DNA from: an uncultured delta proteobacterium
GTDB taxonomy: Bacteria; Myxococcota_A; Polyangia; Polyangiales; B10-G4
Reading direction: 5' to 3'
NCBI GenBank assembly: GCA_963727445.1
Contig: CAVSGI010000008.1
Coordinates: forward strand, 320,001-384,000
Length of the DNA: 64,000 nt
A program made the position numbers and the translations under genes. This document shows, piece after piece, positions 50,538 to 61,186 of the stretch (within the stretch, counting starts at the first letter, position 1; every line of letters begins with the position of its first letter). Under the pieces are notes generated by a model. It worked only from the letters and a program-made list of their open reading frames with translations. It was not told the DNA's origin and did not search any database.

Positions 50538-53062
50538 AGGTCCCAGCGGATGCGGCGGTCCACGTCGTCCGCCACCGTGAGTCCGCCGGCGATCACGCTC
50601 CCGCTCCCGTCGCTGATGCGCACCCGCATCACGTCCTCGGAGAGCGCGTCCACCCAGTAGCAGGAGTCGCAGGTGGCGAGCTCCGCTTCGGACGCCGCCA
50701 GTGGGATCGCGGGCGCCTCGAAGGCCGCCGTGAGGGTGACCATGAGCGTCCCTCCGTCGGCGGTGGTGAAGCTCGCCGCGCCGGTATCGCTCGTGACGAA
50801 GCCCACCACGTCGTAGACGTCCGCCACGTCGGTGGGTCCGACGACGTCCGCGTTGGTCTCTTCGGCCAGCGTGTCGATGGTGGGATCGAGGAGCGGGATC
50901 AGATAGCCGTCTCGCAGGAACAGCGGCATCTGGTCGAGAGGCGCGGGGACGGTCACCACGCCTTCGTATACGGTGGCGTCTCGCCAATCGAGGTAGCGGC
51001 CGGCGGGGAGGTCGACGGTCTTGTCGCGCTGGTGACGATTCAGGACCGGCGCGACGAGCAGCGACGGACCGAGGTAGTAGACGTCGTCGACCGCGCGCAG
51101 GTCCGTGCGCTCCGGGTGCTCGAGGAAGACGTGACGCATCACCGGCGCGCCGGTGGCGTGCGCCTCCTCCGCGAGCGCCATGAAGTAGGGCTGTAGACGC
51201 GTGTGCAGGCGTGCGTAGGTGCGCCACGCGTTCATGGCATCGGGCGAGGTCCAGATGCTCGCCTTCTGTACGTCCTCGAGGTTGAACACGCACGCGTCCT
51301 GGTCCTGCATGTTGGAGCTCATCGAGCCCTGCTGGATCCACCGGGTCCAGAGCTCGCCGTTGGCGGCGCTCGCGCCGTCGGCGATGCAGTGGAAGCCGCC
51401 GATGTCGCCGCCCCAATGGGGCGCGCCGCTGATGCCGAGGTTGATCCCGGCCCGGGGCATGGAGGGCAGGCCGTCCGAGTCCTCGAAGCTCGCCGCGGGG
51501 TCGCCCGACCACACCTGCGGTGTCCACTGTGAGGCGCCGGTGTAACCGCTCCGCGCGAAGAAGAGCCACTCGCCGGCGAGGCGGGTCGTCTCGAGGTGTT
51601 CGTGGCCCGCCTTCTGGTAGAGGACGGGGTAGGCGTTGTGAAACTCCTCGCCCGTGCGGCCGTCGCTCGACATGGACGCGGGCTGCACGTACTCGCCGAA
51701 GTCGTACATCCAGCCGTCGTAGCCGATGTCGATCGCCCAATCGAGGGACTCGCCGAAGTATGCCGTCGCCGCTTCGGAGCTGAAATCGAGCTGGTACACC
51801 GTCAGGTACTCGCCGCTGATCAGCTCCACCTCGTCCGGCGAACCGTCCGCGGTGCGCACGAAGTAGCCCTCGTCCACGCCGCGCTGGACGAAGTCGGCGA
51901 TGGGCGCGTCGGGGGACGCGTCGTAGAGCGAGTTGTAATAGCAGTTCATCTTGTAGCCGAGGCCGTGGCCCTCCTCGACCCAGGCACGCAGCTCCGCCTC
52001 GCGCCCCACATGGCTCCCCGACGGCAGGAAGTGCACGGCGTCGTCGACGCCGGTGATCGCGAGATCGAGGTCGCGCATCGCCTGGATCTCGCTCACCCCC
52101 ATCTGCATGTCGTCGATGTTGATGCGGCGGCGCGGGCCGAAGGTCCACGCGGGCGGGATCATCGGACGCCCGACGGTCTCGGTGAAGAGGTCGATCAGCT
52201 GATACGGCCAGGGGCGCTCGTCACCGGGCTTCGGCACGTAGACCTCGTAGGCGAGGGTCGGACCAATCTCCCAGACGCGCCACGCGTCGCTGTAGTCCGT
52301 GGCGAAGTCGAACTCGCTCCGCCACGTCGTATCGAGCCAGAAGGCGTAGCCCTTCGTCGAGAGGAAGAAGGGGATCGGGTAATAGGTCATCGCCTCCCCG
52401 TTCGGCTCGGGATTGACCGGGCTCGCGATCTGCCCCTCGCCCGTGCCGAAGCCGCCCTCCTCGGTCCAGTTGTAGACCCGCACGCCGCGCTGGTCGGTCT
52501 CGTTGTAGCGCTCGCCGAGGCCGAGGAAGCCCTCGTCGGTGGGGGATGAGAAGGCCGCGCCAATCGCGCGCGGCTCGGCACCTTCGACGCGTGCCTCGAC
52601 GCGCAGGGTCGACGCGCGCAGGGCGTGGCGCACCACGACGGCCTCCTCGCCGTACCCACCGTCGCCACGGAGGGTCAGCGTGAGCTCGGCGTCGCCCTCC
52701 TCCGCCTCGACCACGGTCCAGCCCGTGCGCCAGGGATCCAAATCGGCGAAGAAGAACTGCTGGCCCTTGGTGAGGGGCGCCGGGCGCCAGCTCAGCTCTC
52801 CGGTCGTCCAACCAATCGTGTCGTAGGCGCCGCCGCGCGCGTCCACCGAGCCGAGCACCTCGCGTCCCTCTGCGTCGCGCACCACCAGCGCGTAGGGCTC
52901 GCGGGTGATGGTCACCTCAATCCCCTCGGCGTCGAGGGTCCACTCCACGGGAAGGTCGCTCCCCGGCGGCGGCCCGCTGTCGACGCTCGCGTCCGAAGTG
53001 GGCTCCGGATCCGAGCATCCGAGCACGGCCGAAAGGACAATCAAGACGAACGCGCGCACCAT
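50522..53062 (-). CDS. GH31 glycoside hydrolase lipoprotein
   Basis: VLGC lipobox; GLGERY, YYPIPFFLS, GWMYDFGEY, WSGD, DIGGF, YYLGPSLLVAPV. Confidence 0.9.
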   Translation of the reverse strand: MVRAFVLIVLSAVLGCSDPEPTSDASVDSGPPPGSDLPVEWTLDAEGIEVTITREPYALVVRDAEGREVLGSVDARGGAYDTIGWTTGELSWRPAPLTKGQQFFFADLDPWRTGWTVVEAEEGDAELTLTLRGDGGYGEEAVVVRHALRASTLRVEARVEGAEPRAIGAAFSSPTDEGFLGLGERYNETDQRGVRVYNWTEEGGFGTGEGQIASPVNPEPNGEAMTYYPIPFFLSTKGYAFWLDTTWRSEFDFATDYSDAWRVWEIGPTLAYEVYVPKPGDERPWPYQLIDLFTETVGRPMIPPAWTFGPRRRINIDDMQMGVSEIQAMRDLDLAITGVDDAVHFLPSGSHVGREAELRAWVEEGHGLGYKMNCYYNSLYDASPDAPIADFVQRGVDEGYFVRTADGSPDEVELISGEYLTVYQLDFSSEAATAYFGESLDWAIDIGYDGWMYDFGEYVQPASMSSDGRTGEEFHNAYPVLYQKAGHEHLETTRLAGEWLFFARSGYTGASQWTPQVWSGDPAASFEDSDGLPSMPRAGINLGISGAPHWGGDIGGFHCIADGASAANGELWTRWIQQGSMSSNMQDQDACVFNLEDVQKASIWTSPDAMNAWRTYARLHTRLQPYFMALAEEAHATGAPVMRHVFLEHPERTDLRAVDDVYYLGPSLLVAPVLNRHQRDKTVDLPAGRYLDWRDATVYEGVVTVPAPLDQMPLFLRDGYLIPLLDPTIDTLAEETNADVVGPTDVADVYDVVGFVTSDTGAASFTTADGGTLMVTLTAAFEAPAIPLAASEAELATCDSCYWVDALSEDVMRVRISDGSGSVIAGGLTVADDVDRRIRWDLYLAD

Positions 53063-53276
53063 GGACTCACTCTACATCCGATTCCGTTCGTGGGTAGCGC
53101 GAAGGTGGGGCGTCAATTTTCGAACGCCCGGCGCCCCGACCACGACATTCGTTTCCGGGTCAATCCCTGCGCGCGACATCACGCGCCTCGGCGGTCCTGG
53201 ATCGCGACTTGCGAAAGCGTGCGATGCGGAGACGCGCCTTTGAAACGGCGGGCCCGGGGATGGAGGCGAGTGTGCG

Positions 53277-54734
53277 ATGAACACGACGATCGCGCGATGG
53301 GTGACGTGCGCCCTTTGGCTCTCGGGCGGATGTGGGGGATGCGGGGACGACGCGCTGGTGGCGGACACGGGCAGCGGGCTCGACGCGACGTTGGACGCGG
53401 GGCCGGTGGATGCGGGGCCACCGGATGCGCGACGGGACAGCCGCTTTCCCGACGCCGTCGTCGAGCTGGGGTGTGGGGGTGAGGCGTGCGATCCCATGCG
53501 GGGCTGTGTAGGTGGTCGCACCTGCGTCGACGAGATGAACACCGACATCGGGGGCGCCTCCGACCCGCTGGTGGGGTGCGCGGACGGCGTCGTGTCCGTT
53601 CCGACCACGTCCTTCGCAGGCGGCTACTGCACCTTCCTCGCCCCCATCGACTCGGGCGGGTGCGACCCGGACGACGAGGAATCCTGTGGCGGAGTGGACT
53701 GCGCCCGATGCCTCTCCGCAGGCCAGACATCGACCGGCGTGCCCATCACCCTCTGTGCACCGACGTGCACCCCTTCACTGACGACCAACCCATGTCGCGA
53801 TACTTACCAATGCGCGCTTGGCACCAACGTCTGCCTGCCAGGCTGCGGGAGCGACCTCGAGTGTCAGGTCCGGCGCGCCGACACCAACGGCGATGGCGTG
53901 ATCGACCCCTACGACGCCACGGACAATCCCGAGGGCGATCGGCTGAAGTGCGAGACCGAGGTGCGGGCCTACTGCGACATGGCGACCGGGCGCTGCCGGC
54001 ACGAAGGCATCCCGGGCGCGCAGGCGGGCGACCCGTGCACCGACGACTTCGAATGCGAAGCGGACGGCGAATGCCTGGTGGACCGAGGCGCCGACGGGGG
54101 CTTCCCCGGCGGCTACTGCATCAAACGCGGCTGTGACCTCGCCGGCAACGAATGTGCCGGCGAGGGCAAGTGTCAGGAACGCGGCTTCGGCTTCCCAGCA
54201 TGCCTCGCGCCCTGCGAGGTGGCGGCGACCGACACTGCGGACGACCCCTTCGCGCCCTCCCGCGACTGCCGGGCCGGCTACACCTGCTTCTGGGATGGGA
54301 CCTCCGGCGCCAGCACGACGAATGGCGCTTGCATCCCCGCCAACGACAACGACGTGCGCACGCCCAACATCGGGGCCTCCTGCGCGAACGAGAGCGAGTG
54401 CTACTCGCCCTTCGGCCTCGGCCAGTGTCGCGACTTCGGCGCCGGCGACCACTGCACCCTCTTCGACTGCGCCGCGCCAGGCATGCCCGCCGACGTGTGC
54501 GGCGACGCTGCCGTGTGCGCCCCCGTCAGCGGGAGCGTCACCTCGATCTGCATCGCGACCTGCGAGAGTGCGGCGGACTGCCGAGAAGGCAACGGCTGCT
54601 GGGACACGTCGGTCGCGGGGATCGACACCGGCGGCGCCACGGTCTGCTTCCCGGGTTGCCTCGAGGACGGCCACTGCCTGCCGACCCAGCGCTGCGTGGG
54701 GGCCAGCATGACGAGCGTCGGGCAGTGCGAGTGA
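53277..54734 (+). CDS. Large Cys-rich lipoprotein
   Basis: GGCGGCGDD N-terminus; about 50 Cys; repeated FxGGYC and GxxCxxxxEC; DTNGDGVID loop. Confidence 0.8.
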   Translation: MNTTIARWVTCALWLSGGCGGCGDDALVADTGSGLDATLDAGPVDAGPPDARRDSRFPDAVVELGCGGEACDPMRGCVGGRTCVDEMNTDIGGASDPLVGCADGVVSVPTTSFAGGYCTFLAPIDSGGCDPDDEESCGGVDCARCLSAGQTSTGVPITLCAPTCTPSLTTNPCRDTYQCALGTNVCLPGCGSDLECQVRRADTNGDGVIDPYDATDNPEGDRLKCETEVRAYCDMATGRCRHEGIPGAQAGDPCTDDFECEADGECLVDRGADGGFPGGYCIKRGCDLAGNECAGEGKCQERGFGFPACLAPCEVAATDTADDPFAPSRDCRAGYTCFWDGTSGASTTNGACIPANDNDVRTPNIGASCANESECYSPFGLGQCRDFGAGDHCTLFDCAAPGMPADVCGDAAVCAPVSGSVTSICIATCESAADCREGNGCWDTSVAGIDTGGATVCFPGCLEDGHCLPTQRCVGASMTSVGQCE

Positions 54735-54750
54735 GCGCGCGCGGCAGCGC

Positions 54751-55278
54751 TCAGCGCATCATCCCCATGCGGCCGCGGCGGCGACGGGTCCGGGTGCGGG
54801 GCTCGGCGACGATGTAGAAGCTGAGGCCGTACATGTAGCCGTTGTCGAGCGCGTCGCCTTCGTTCGCGAAGGGCAGGTAGTCGTCGGCGGCGAGCTCGGC
54901 GGCGATGTCGTACTCGCCTTCGCAGAGCTCGGCGATGTGCTCGGCGCCAGGGATGAGCGCCACCGTGCGCGGGCACGGCCCGCTGAACCACACCACCAGG
55001 CCGTGCGGCGTGTCGTTCTTGACCAGCACCACCGGCCAGGCGTCCGGGCTCGCCTCGCCCGACTGCTGCACCGGCGGCAGCGCGCCGTGCTCGCCTTCGC
55101 GACGCGCCGTGACGCGATCGCTCATCAGGCGCGCCTCTTCCTGATCGAGGGGATCGTCTCCGTCCTCGCTGATCTCGTCGATGGTCACCACCAGCGGCTC
55201 GGGAGGCGGCGGCGGCGGCGCGGAGCCACACGCGCAGAGAAAGGAGCCGGCAAGGAGCCCGAAAAGGCGCACACGCAT
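54751..55278 (-). CDS. Lipoprotein with small beta-sandwich domain
   Basis: MRVRLFGLLAGSFLCAC; VKNDTPHGLVVWFSGP...GEYDIAAE. Confidence 0.75.
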   Translation of the reverse strand: MRVRLFGLLAGSFLCACGSAPPPPPPEPLVVTIDEISEDGDDPLDQEEARLMSDRVTARREGEHGALPPVQQSGEASPDAWPVVLVKNDTPHGLVVWFSGPCPRTVALIPGAEHIAELCEGEYDIAAELAADDYLPFANEGDALDNGYMYGLSFYIVAEPRTRTRRRRGRMGMMR

Positions 55279-55955
55279 CAGCGCACCCCCACTCGGTAAC
55301 GACGGCCCGGCTCGCAGCTGAAGCGACCCCGATAGTCCGCGCGACGTGGCGACTCGACCACGATCGTGTGCGCGCCCGGCTCGACGAAGATCGGGAACTC
55401 GCTGATGGGCGGGCCCGAGTCCAACGCCACCGTGACGTCGAGGCCGTTCGCCTGGACGAGCAGATGACAGGGCGGCGTGGTGTCGGTGAGACGCTCCGCC
55501 TGGGTCTGAACGGGCTGCCCCATCGCCGTCTCGCTGCCCTGCTCCTCGGTCATCGAGGAGAGACTCACCCCGTCGGTGCGGACGGTGGCGCCGCGGATCT
55601 GGACACTGATCTGCTCGCCCTCGCCCTCGATCACCGTCGCTTCGATGAAGAGCAGCGTCGGCGCTTCGAGGCGCCGGGCCAGCTCCGCGACGCAGCTCTC
55701 CTCCCCCGCGCATGCACCCGCGGTCCGACCGACACTCTCGAGCTGCGCACGGGTCGCGTGGGGCGGCGTCACCACGTAACCGTCGCTCCGCAGGATCGAG
55801 GCGGCCACCTCGAAGAGGTAGGCCTCGACGAAGTCATCCATCCCCTCGCCCACCGTCACCACCACCGCCGCGCGCGGCTTGGGTCCGTCGTCCGCTCGCG
55901 CACCGAACGCGACCAGCAGCACCAGCAGGGGCAGGATGAAGAGGCCGCGCCTCAT
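55278..55955 (-). CDS. Secreted protein with PEGA-like C-terminus
   Basis: Signal peptide; CAGEESCVAELARRL; IFVEPGAHTIVVE; overlaps both neighbours. Confidence 0.7.
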   Translation of the reverse strand: MRRGLFILPLLVLLVAFGARADDGPKPRAAVVVTVGEGMDDFVEAYLFEVAASILRSDGYVVTPPHATRAQLESVGRTAGACAGEESCVAELARRLEAPTLLFIEATVIEGEGEQISVQIRGATVRTDGVSLSSMTEEQGSETAMGQPVQTQAERLTDTTPPCHLLVQANGLDVTVALDSGPPISEFPIFVEPGAHTIVVESPRRADYRGRFSCEPGRRYRVGVR

Positions 55956-57739
55956 CGGTCCTCCCTCATCGTGTCCTCGAGACGGTCGATCCGGACCATG
56001 AACGCTCGGATCGCGTCCCTGGGCGCGCCGCGGGGCGGCACCCGCGACTTGAGCACGTTGAGCTGCGCGAGCTGCACCGGTGTCGGATCGTCACCGAGGT
56101 CGCGCTCCACCGCGCGCATCCGCCGCGTGATGAAGTCGTGCGCCGGGATCGACTGGGCGAGCGCCGTGAGCTCGCGGATGTCCGCCAGGGCGGCGGCGTA
56201 CTCGCCCGCCCGGGCGTTTTCATCCTGGCTGGCGTAGAGGAGCCGCGTCTGGGCGTGATGCTTCAAATCGCGAAAGCGAAGGCCGCGCTGGGCCAGCATC
56301 GTCTCGAGCGCGCGTCGCTCCCCCTCGTAGTCCTCTTGAACGGCGCCGCCCGGCATCAGCTCGGAGCCCTCGAGGTCGCCTCGCGGCATCTTGGTGAGCT
56401 CGAGATGCTGCGCGCGTCCCACCACCCGGAAGCCCTCTCCCGGGCTCGCCGCCTCCCCATCGCTCGTCGCCACGACCGGCGAGTCCTCCTCGGAGTCGGC
56501 GCGGAGCTTTGCGAGGGCGAAGGTCACTCCGAAGCTCACTAACACGAGGGCGACCAGGCCCCCAAGGATCATCCGGACGCGACGCGTCCGCTCTCGCGCC
56601 CCGAGCGCCGACGCCAGTGCGCGGTCTGCGTCAGCGTTCATGGTGAGGCCGTCGAAGGGGCGCTCGCTCATGGGCCCCGACTGAGTCGGTTGCGCGAGCT
56701 CCTCGGTCACCGCGCCCAGCGCCTCGGTGCCGAGGCCAGGACTGGCGAGGAGGTTGGCGGCCGGACCGGGATCGGGCAGGCGCTTTTCCAGCGTCCGGAG
56801 CTCCGCCGCGAGCACCGAGGCGTCCTGCGGGCGATCGTCGGGATTCTTTTCGAGCAGACTTCGAACGGCGCGGTCGAGCTCGGCGACGAGGGCCGCGTCG
56901 AGGTCCGGAATGTCGAGAGGCGCGGGGTCGTCCTCGATGTGCATCCCCAGCACCGCCGCGTTGGTCACGCCGATGAAGGGCGGCGTGCCGGTGAGCAGCT
57001 CGTACAGGACGATGCCGAGCGAGTAGATGTCGGAGCGAGAGTCGGCGTTCCTGCCCTTGATCTGCTCCGGAGACATGTACTCCGGCGTACCGAAGATCAT
57101 CCCCTGTCGCGTGAGGCGCCCGCCGCCGGTGCCGCCCGTATCGATCCCCTCCGCGAGCAGCGCGAGCCCGAAGTCGAGGATGCGCGCGTGCAGATCCTTG
57201 CCCTGGGCGTCGATCTGAACGTTCGCCGGCTTGAGATCGCGATGGACCACCCCCGCGCGATGCGCAGCCGACAGCGCGTCGGCGAGCTGGGCGGCGACGG
57301 CGATGGCGTGACGCGGGGGAAAGCGGCCGATGGCCGCGATGATGTCGTCGAGGGGAAGGCCGCCGACCTTCTCCATGACGATGTAGGGCGTGTCACCGCC
57401 CCCATCGCCGTACTCGAGCACCCGGACGACGTTCGGGTGATCGATGCCGGCCAGCGCGATGGCTTCCCGGCGGAAGCGCCGGACGTTGCGTCGGTCGCGG
57501 GTGCGCTCGGCGTAGAGCATCTTCACCGCGACCTCGCGCGACAGGCCGCGCTGCTTCGCCAGATAGACGAAGCCCATGCCTCCGGCGCCGAGGATCTCCT
57601 CGAGCTCGTACCGATTGTCGAGCACGACCCCCACGAGGGGATCGTGCTCGTCGGTGATCTCTTCGAGCGCGCGACCGTCCGAGGGGCAGTACTCGTTCTC
57701 CTCGGCCCAGACGCGGTGGCAGGTTGGGCAGCAGCGCAC
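55952..57739 (-). CDS. Membrane-anchored Ser/Thr protein kinase
   Basis: LGAGGMGFVY, VAVKML, HRDLKPAN, LDFGLA, GTPEYMSPEQ; N-terminal CPTC/CPSD; one TM. Confidence 0.95.
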   Translation of the reverse strand: MRCCPTCHRVWAEENEYCPSDGRALEEITDEHDPLVGVVLDNRYELEEILGAGGMGFVYLAKQRGLSREVAVKMLYAERTRDRRNVRRFRREAIALAGIDHPNVVRVLEYGDGGGDTPYIVMEKVGGLPLDDIIAAIGRFPPRHAIAVAAQLADALSAAHRAGVVHRDLKPANVQIDAQGKDLHARILDFGLALLAEGIDTGGTGGGRLTRQGMIFGTPEYMSPEQIKGRNADSRSDIYSLGIVLYELLTGTPPFIGVTNAAVLGMHIEDDPAPLDIPDLDAALVAELDRAVRSLLEKNPDDRPQDASVLAAELRTLEKRLPDPGPAANLLASPGLGTEALGAVTEELAQPTQSGPMSERPFDGLTMNADADRALASALGARERTRRVRMILGGLVALVLVSFGVTFALAKLRADSEEDSPVVATSDGEAASPGEGFRVVGRAQHLELTKMPRGDLEGSELMPGGAVQEDYEGERRALETMLAQRGLRFRDLKHHAQTRLLYASQDENARAGEYAAALADIRELTALAQSIPAHDFITRRMRAVERDLGDDPTPVQLAQLNVLKSRVPPRGAPRDAIRAFMVRIDRLEDTMREDR

Positions 57740-57770
57740 TGCCGCCTATTCTACCAAAGGTGACGTTCCG

Positions 57771-59180
57771 TTACGGGGTCGTCGGAACGAATGCGCTCAC
57801 GCCGCAGCGAACGAAGGTGCTGTCCATGAGCTCCGAATCCTGTCCGGTCTTGGAGATGACGAGGTAATAGGTCCCGGCGCCGGGCGGGGTGTCCATCGAC
57901 AGGTCGACCACCGCGCCGTCGGGCGGGGCCTCGGTGGCCATCCCGATGACCGCGTCGGTGGAATCGTGGATCTCTGCCTTGAGGCCCGTCACGCCGCTGC
58001 CGGCGGTGCGCGAGCCACAAGCGGCCACGATCACCTCTGAGTCCGCGACGTCGAAGGAGTAGTAGTCGACGTCGGCGTTGGTCGGCAGCTGCGCGAGAAC
58101 GAAGCCCGAGTTCACCATGGTGTCCATGTCGCGCTCCTGCGTCAGCGCCTCTGCACCCGCCAGGTCGCCGTTGGTGGCCTCCATGGTCTCGGCCGGGTTC
58201 TCCGTGAGCCCGGTGAAGGCCTTGAGGACGAAGAAATCGTTGGCGCCGGCGGCGGTCGCGTTGGTCTCCACGAAGAGGAGGTAATCGCCGGGATCGAGGG
58301 CCGGGCTGAGCTCGTCGTAGGCGTTCATCGCGTTGTTGAGGCGACCGTAGAGGGTCGTCCCCGTCGTGTCGGTGACGTAGATGTCGCCGATGTCGGCGGT
58401 CGAGCCGTAGCCCGTGGTGCCCGAGGGCATCATCGCGAAGGACGTCCGGTCGGTGACGCTGAAGGAGAAGACGTCGATGTCGGACTCGTCAGCGAAGGTG
58501 CCGAGGATCACGCCGAAGTTCATGTCGGTGTTGATCGCCTGAGCGCTCGCCGCGTCGTTGCCGGTCTCACCGTCCATGGTGACGATCGCCGCCATGGGGT
58601 CCACCGTCCCGGCGGTGAGGGTGTAGGTGAAAGTGGAATCGCCCTCGGCGGTGTCGCCATTCCAGTCGGAGAACTCGAGCACCCGGACGTAGTACGTCCC
58701 CGCAGTCGCCACGTGATAGATGATCTCGGAGTCGGTGTTGACCCGCGGCTGCGAGTCGTCGTTCTCGGCGACCATCATCGCCTCGGCAGGGCCCGAGAAG
58801 AGCTGGATGACCGTGTCGACCATGTCGGGGTCGTCGTCGGGGTTGGCGTCGGTGGCGAGGATCAGCCAGTCATCGGCCATCAGATCCACCTTGAAGAAGT
58901 CGCGATCGCCGGGGCTCTGGATGGCCTCCATCACGCCCATGCCGTCGTTGAGGGTGATGGCCACGGCGTCGGCGAAGGCGTCGTTCCCGTCACCCATCGT
59001 GGTGCCGGTATCCATCGGGGTGCCGGTATCCATCGGGGTGCCGGTGTCGGAGGGGGTGCCGGTGTCGCCCCCCATTCCGCTGTCGCCGGTCATGCGGGAG
59101 TCATCGCCGCAGCCGCTGTGGAGCGCTGGCAGGGCCAGCGCGACGATGAGTGAGATCGCGCTCTTCGAGTTCATTTCCAT
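57771..59180 (-). CDS. Lipoprotein with three PPC-like (pre-peptidase C-terminal) domains
   Basis: LHSGC lipobox; DRDFFKV, DIDVFSF, DVDYYSF; GTYYVRV, GDYLLFV, GTYYLVI. Confidence 0.8.
   Translation of the reverse strand: MEMNSKSAISLIVALALPALHSGCGDDSRMTGDSGMGGDTGTPSDTGTPMDTGTPMDTGTTMGDGNDAFADAVAITLNDGMGVMEAIQSPGDRDFFKVDLMADDWLILATDANPDDDPDMVDTVIQLFSGPAEAMMVAENDDSQPRVNTDSEIIYHVATAGTYYVRVLEFSDWNGDTAEGDSTFTYTLTAGTVDPMAAIVTMDGETGNDAASAQAINTDMNFGVILGTFADESDIDVFSFSVTDRTSFAMMPSGTTGYGSTADIGDIYVTDTTGTTLYGRLNNAMNAYDELSPALDPGDYLLFVETNATAAGANDFFVLKAFTGLTENPAETMEATNGDLAGAEALTQERDMDTMVNSGFVLAQLPTNADVDYYSFDVADSEVIVAACGSRTAGSGVTGLKAEIHDSTDAVIGMATEAPPDGAVVDLSMDTPPGAGTYYLVISKTGQDSELMDSTFVRCGVSAFVPTTP
59001..59067 (-). 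repeat. 18 bp tandem repeat encoding a (DTGTPx)n linker
   Basis: GGTGCCGGTATCCATCGG twice plus two variants. Confidence 0.85.
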
Positions 59181-59284
59181 CTCCAGGCAGAAGGCGCGGG
59201 AAGTTACGGGACAGGCCGGGCGAACGCAAACCGAGGGATGATTGTCCTTTGGGTACCGCCAGTTGCGGCATATCCTACCCCCGC

Positions 59285-59770
59285 ATGGGAGAGGTTCCGA
59301 CCACGCCCCACACCCAGGTCGTCTCGCGGATCTTCACCTCGAGTGGGTGGGTCGTCGGGACCTTCCACGTGCCGGCGGGCGACTCGCTCCTTTCGCATCT
59401 CGAGCGCTCGAAGTTCTTCACCCTCACGGACGTCGTCCTGCCTCAGGGCGGGGATGCCCTTCCCTTCTTCGCTCTGAGCCGGGATGCGACGGTGCTGATC
59501 TTGCCGGGGGAGCCCGAGGCGGTGAAGCCCTCGGCCCAGGGAGAGGTCCTGCATCAGGTCTCGTGCCTCCTCGAAAAGGGGGTGGTCATGGGCACCCTGC
59601 ATCTGCCGGGTGAGGTGCGGGTCTCGGACCATCTCCTCGGGACCGAGCGCTTTTTCGTGCTCGGGGATTGCACGGTGGGGATCGACGCGGGAGGTCGTGG
59701 CGGCAGCGTCGAGGCGGCCGCCGCGACCATCCTCAACGCGCAGCGCGTGGTGGGCGTCGCGGAGATGTGA
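59285..59770 (+). CDS. Hypothetical protein of two similar beta-rich repeats (DUF6812-like)
   Basis: VVGTFHVP...HLERSKFFTLTDV and VMGTLHLP...HLLGTERFFVLGDC. Confidence 0.7.
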   Translation: MGEVPTTPHTQVVSRIFTSSGWVVGTFHVPAGDSLLSHLERSKFFTLTDVVLPQGGDALPFFALSRDATVLILPGEPEAVKPSAQGEVLHQVSCLLEKGVVMGTLHLPGEVRVSDHLLGTERFFVLGDCTVGIDAGGRGGSVEAAAATILNAQRVVGVAEM

Positions 59771-59817
59771 CGTAACGCCCCCGGCGCCGCTGCGTACGGA
59801 CAAGTATTGGAGAATGC

Positions 59818-61185
59818 GTGCGCGCCGTCATCGTCGGTAACGGAGTCGCGGGAATCGAAGCTGCGCTCGCCATCCGCGAGCGGGAGCCGGAGGCGGAGAT
59901 CTGCATCGTCTCCGAGGAGTCGGATCACTTCTTCTCGCGGACCGCGCTGATGTGGGTCGCCTGTGGTCAGCTGAGCCACCAGGACATCGAGCCCTACGAG
60001 CGCGACCTCTACGAGCGCTCGGGCTTTCGGCGTGTGCGGGCGCGCGCGGTGGGCGTGCGGCCAGAGGCGCGAACGCTTCTCCTCGCGGGCGACGACCCCC
60101 TCCCCTACGACGCGCTCGTCATCGCGTGCGGCTCGGCGCCGCGGCCCGCGCCTTGGCCAGGCGGCGATCTCCGTGGGGTCGGCCACTTCGTCACGCTCTC
60201 CGACCTCGAGTGGCTGGAGCGCGAGCTCTACGGGGATCCGGTGCGCGAGCGACCCCCGCGGCCGGACGCGCACGTCGATCGATCCGTGGAGGGCTCTCCC
60301 TACCTCTTTCGCGAGCCGGCGTCGGCCAGCCGCGCGCGCCCACTCGAGCGCGCCGTCGTGATCGGTGGGGGCCTCGTGGGGATCGAGGCGGTGGAGGTCC
60401 TCCTCGCCGCTGGCAAGCAGGTGACTTTTCTGATTCGCGACGAGTGGTTCTGGCCGATGGCGGTCGATCGCGAGGAATCGGCCTTCATCGCCGCACGCTT
60501 GCGGGCACACGGGGTCGACGTCCGGACGGACGCCACCGCCGACAGGCTCGAAGGCGACGGCGCCGGCAACGTGACGCGCGTCGTCGCCGGCTCTGAGGCG
60601 ATCGAAACCGACGCGGTGGTGGTGGCGATCGGTGTGGTGCCGAACACCGCCTGGCTCGAGGGCTCCGCCATCGAACGCGACGACGCTGGAGGGATCGTGG
60701 TCGACGAGGGCCTCGCGACCTCGGCGCCCCACGTCTGGGCTGCCGGCGACTGCGCCTCGGTCCGCTGGTTCGACGGCTCGCGCCGCCCCGAGCAGCTCTG
60801 GTACACGGCGCGCGCGCAGGGACGGGTCGCGGCGCGAAGCCTGCTGGGCGACGAGGTCCGCTACCAGCGAGGCACCTGGTACAACTCCGCCAAGCTCGCC
60901 GACATCGAGTACACCAGCGTGGGGCTGGTGGGCACGGGCAGACCGGGCGAGGAGCGCTTCTTCTTCGAGGAGAAGGGCCCGGTGCACAGCACCACGCGCA
61001 TCGTGAGCGTGGACGGGCGCGTCATCGGCATCAATCTCCTCGGCCGGCGCTGGGACCACTCGGTGCTGATGCGCTTCATCGAAGAGCGGCGCAGCGTGGA
61101 CTTCGTCCTCGATCACCTCGCGGAGGCGAGCTTCGACACGGAGCTCGTCCCACCGCTCCGCCTGCCACCACGGAAGGCGGGCTGA
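59818..61185 (+). CDS. FAD/NAD(P)-dependent pyridine nucleotide-disulfide oxidoreductase-family protein
   Basis: VIVGNGVAG, VIGGGLVGIE, VAIGVVPN, VWAAGDCA. Confidence 0.9.
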   Translation: MRAVIVGNGVAGIEAALAIREREPEAEICIVSEESDHFFSRTALMWVACGQLSHQDIEPYERDLYERSGFRRVRARAVGVRPEARTLLLAGDDPLPYDALVIACGSAPRPAPWPGGDLRGVGHFVTLSDLEWLERELYGDPVRERPPRPDAHVDRSVEGSPYLFREPASASRARPLERAVVIGGGLVGIEAVEVLLAAGKQVTFLIRDEWFWPMAVDREESAFIAARLRAHGVDVRTDATADRLEGDGAGNVTRVVAGSEAIETDAVVVAIGVVPNTAWLEGSAIERDDAGGIVVDEGLATSAPHVWAAGDCASVRWFDGSRRPEQLWYTARAQGRVAARSLLGDEVRYQRGTWYNSAKLADIEYTSVGLVGTGRPGEERFFFEEKGPVHSTTRIVSVDGRVIGINLLGRRWDHSVLMRFIEERRSVDFVLDHLAEASFDTELVPPLRLPPRKAG

Positions 61186-61186
61186 G

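Noticed and set aside
54751..57739. Kinase plus two exported proteins as a novel system
   Set aside because: A common myxobacterial arrangement with nothing distinctive visible.
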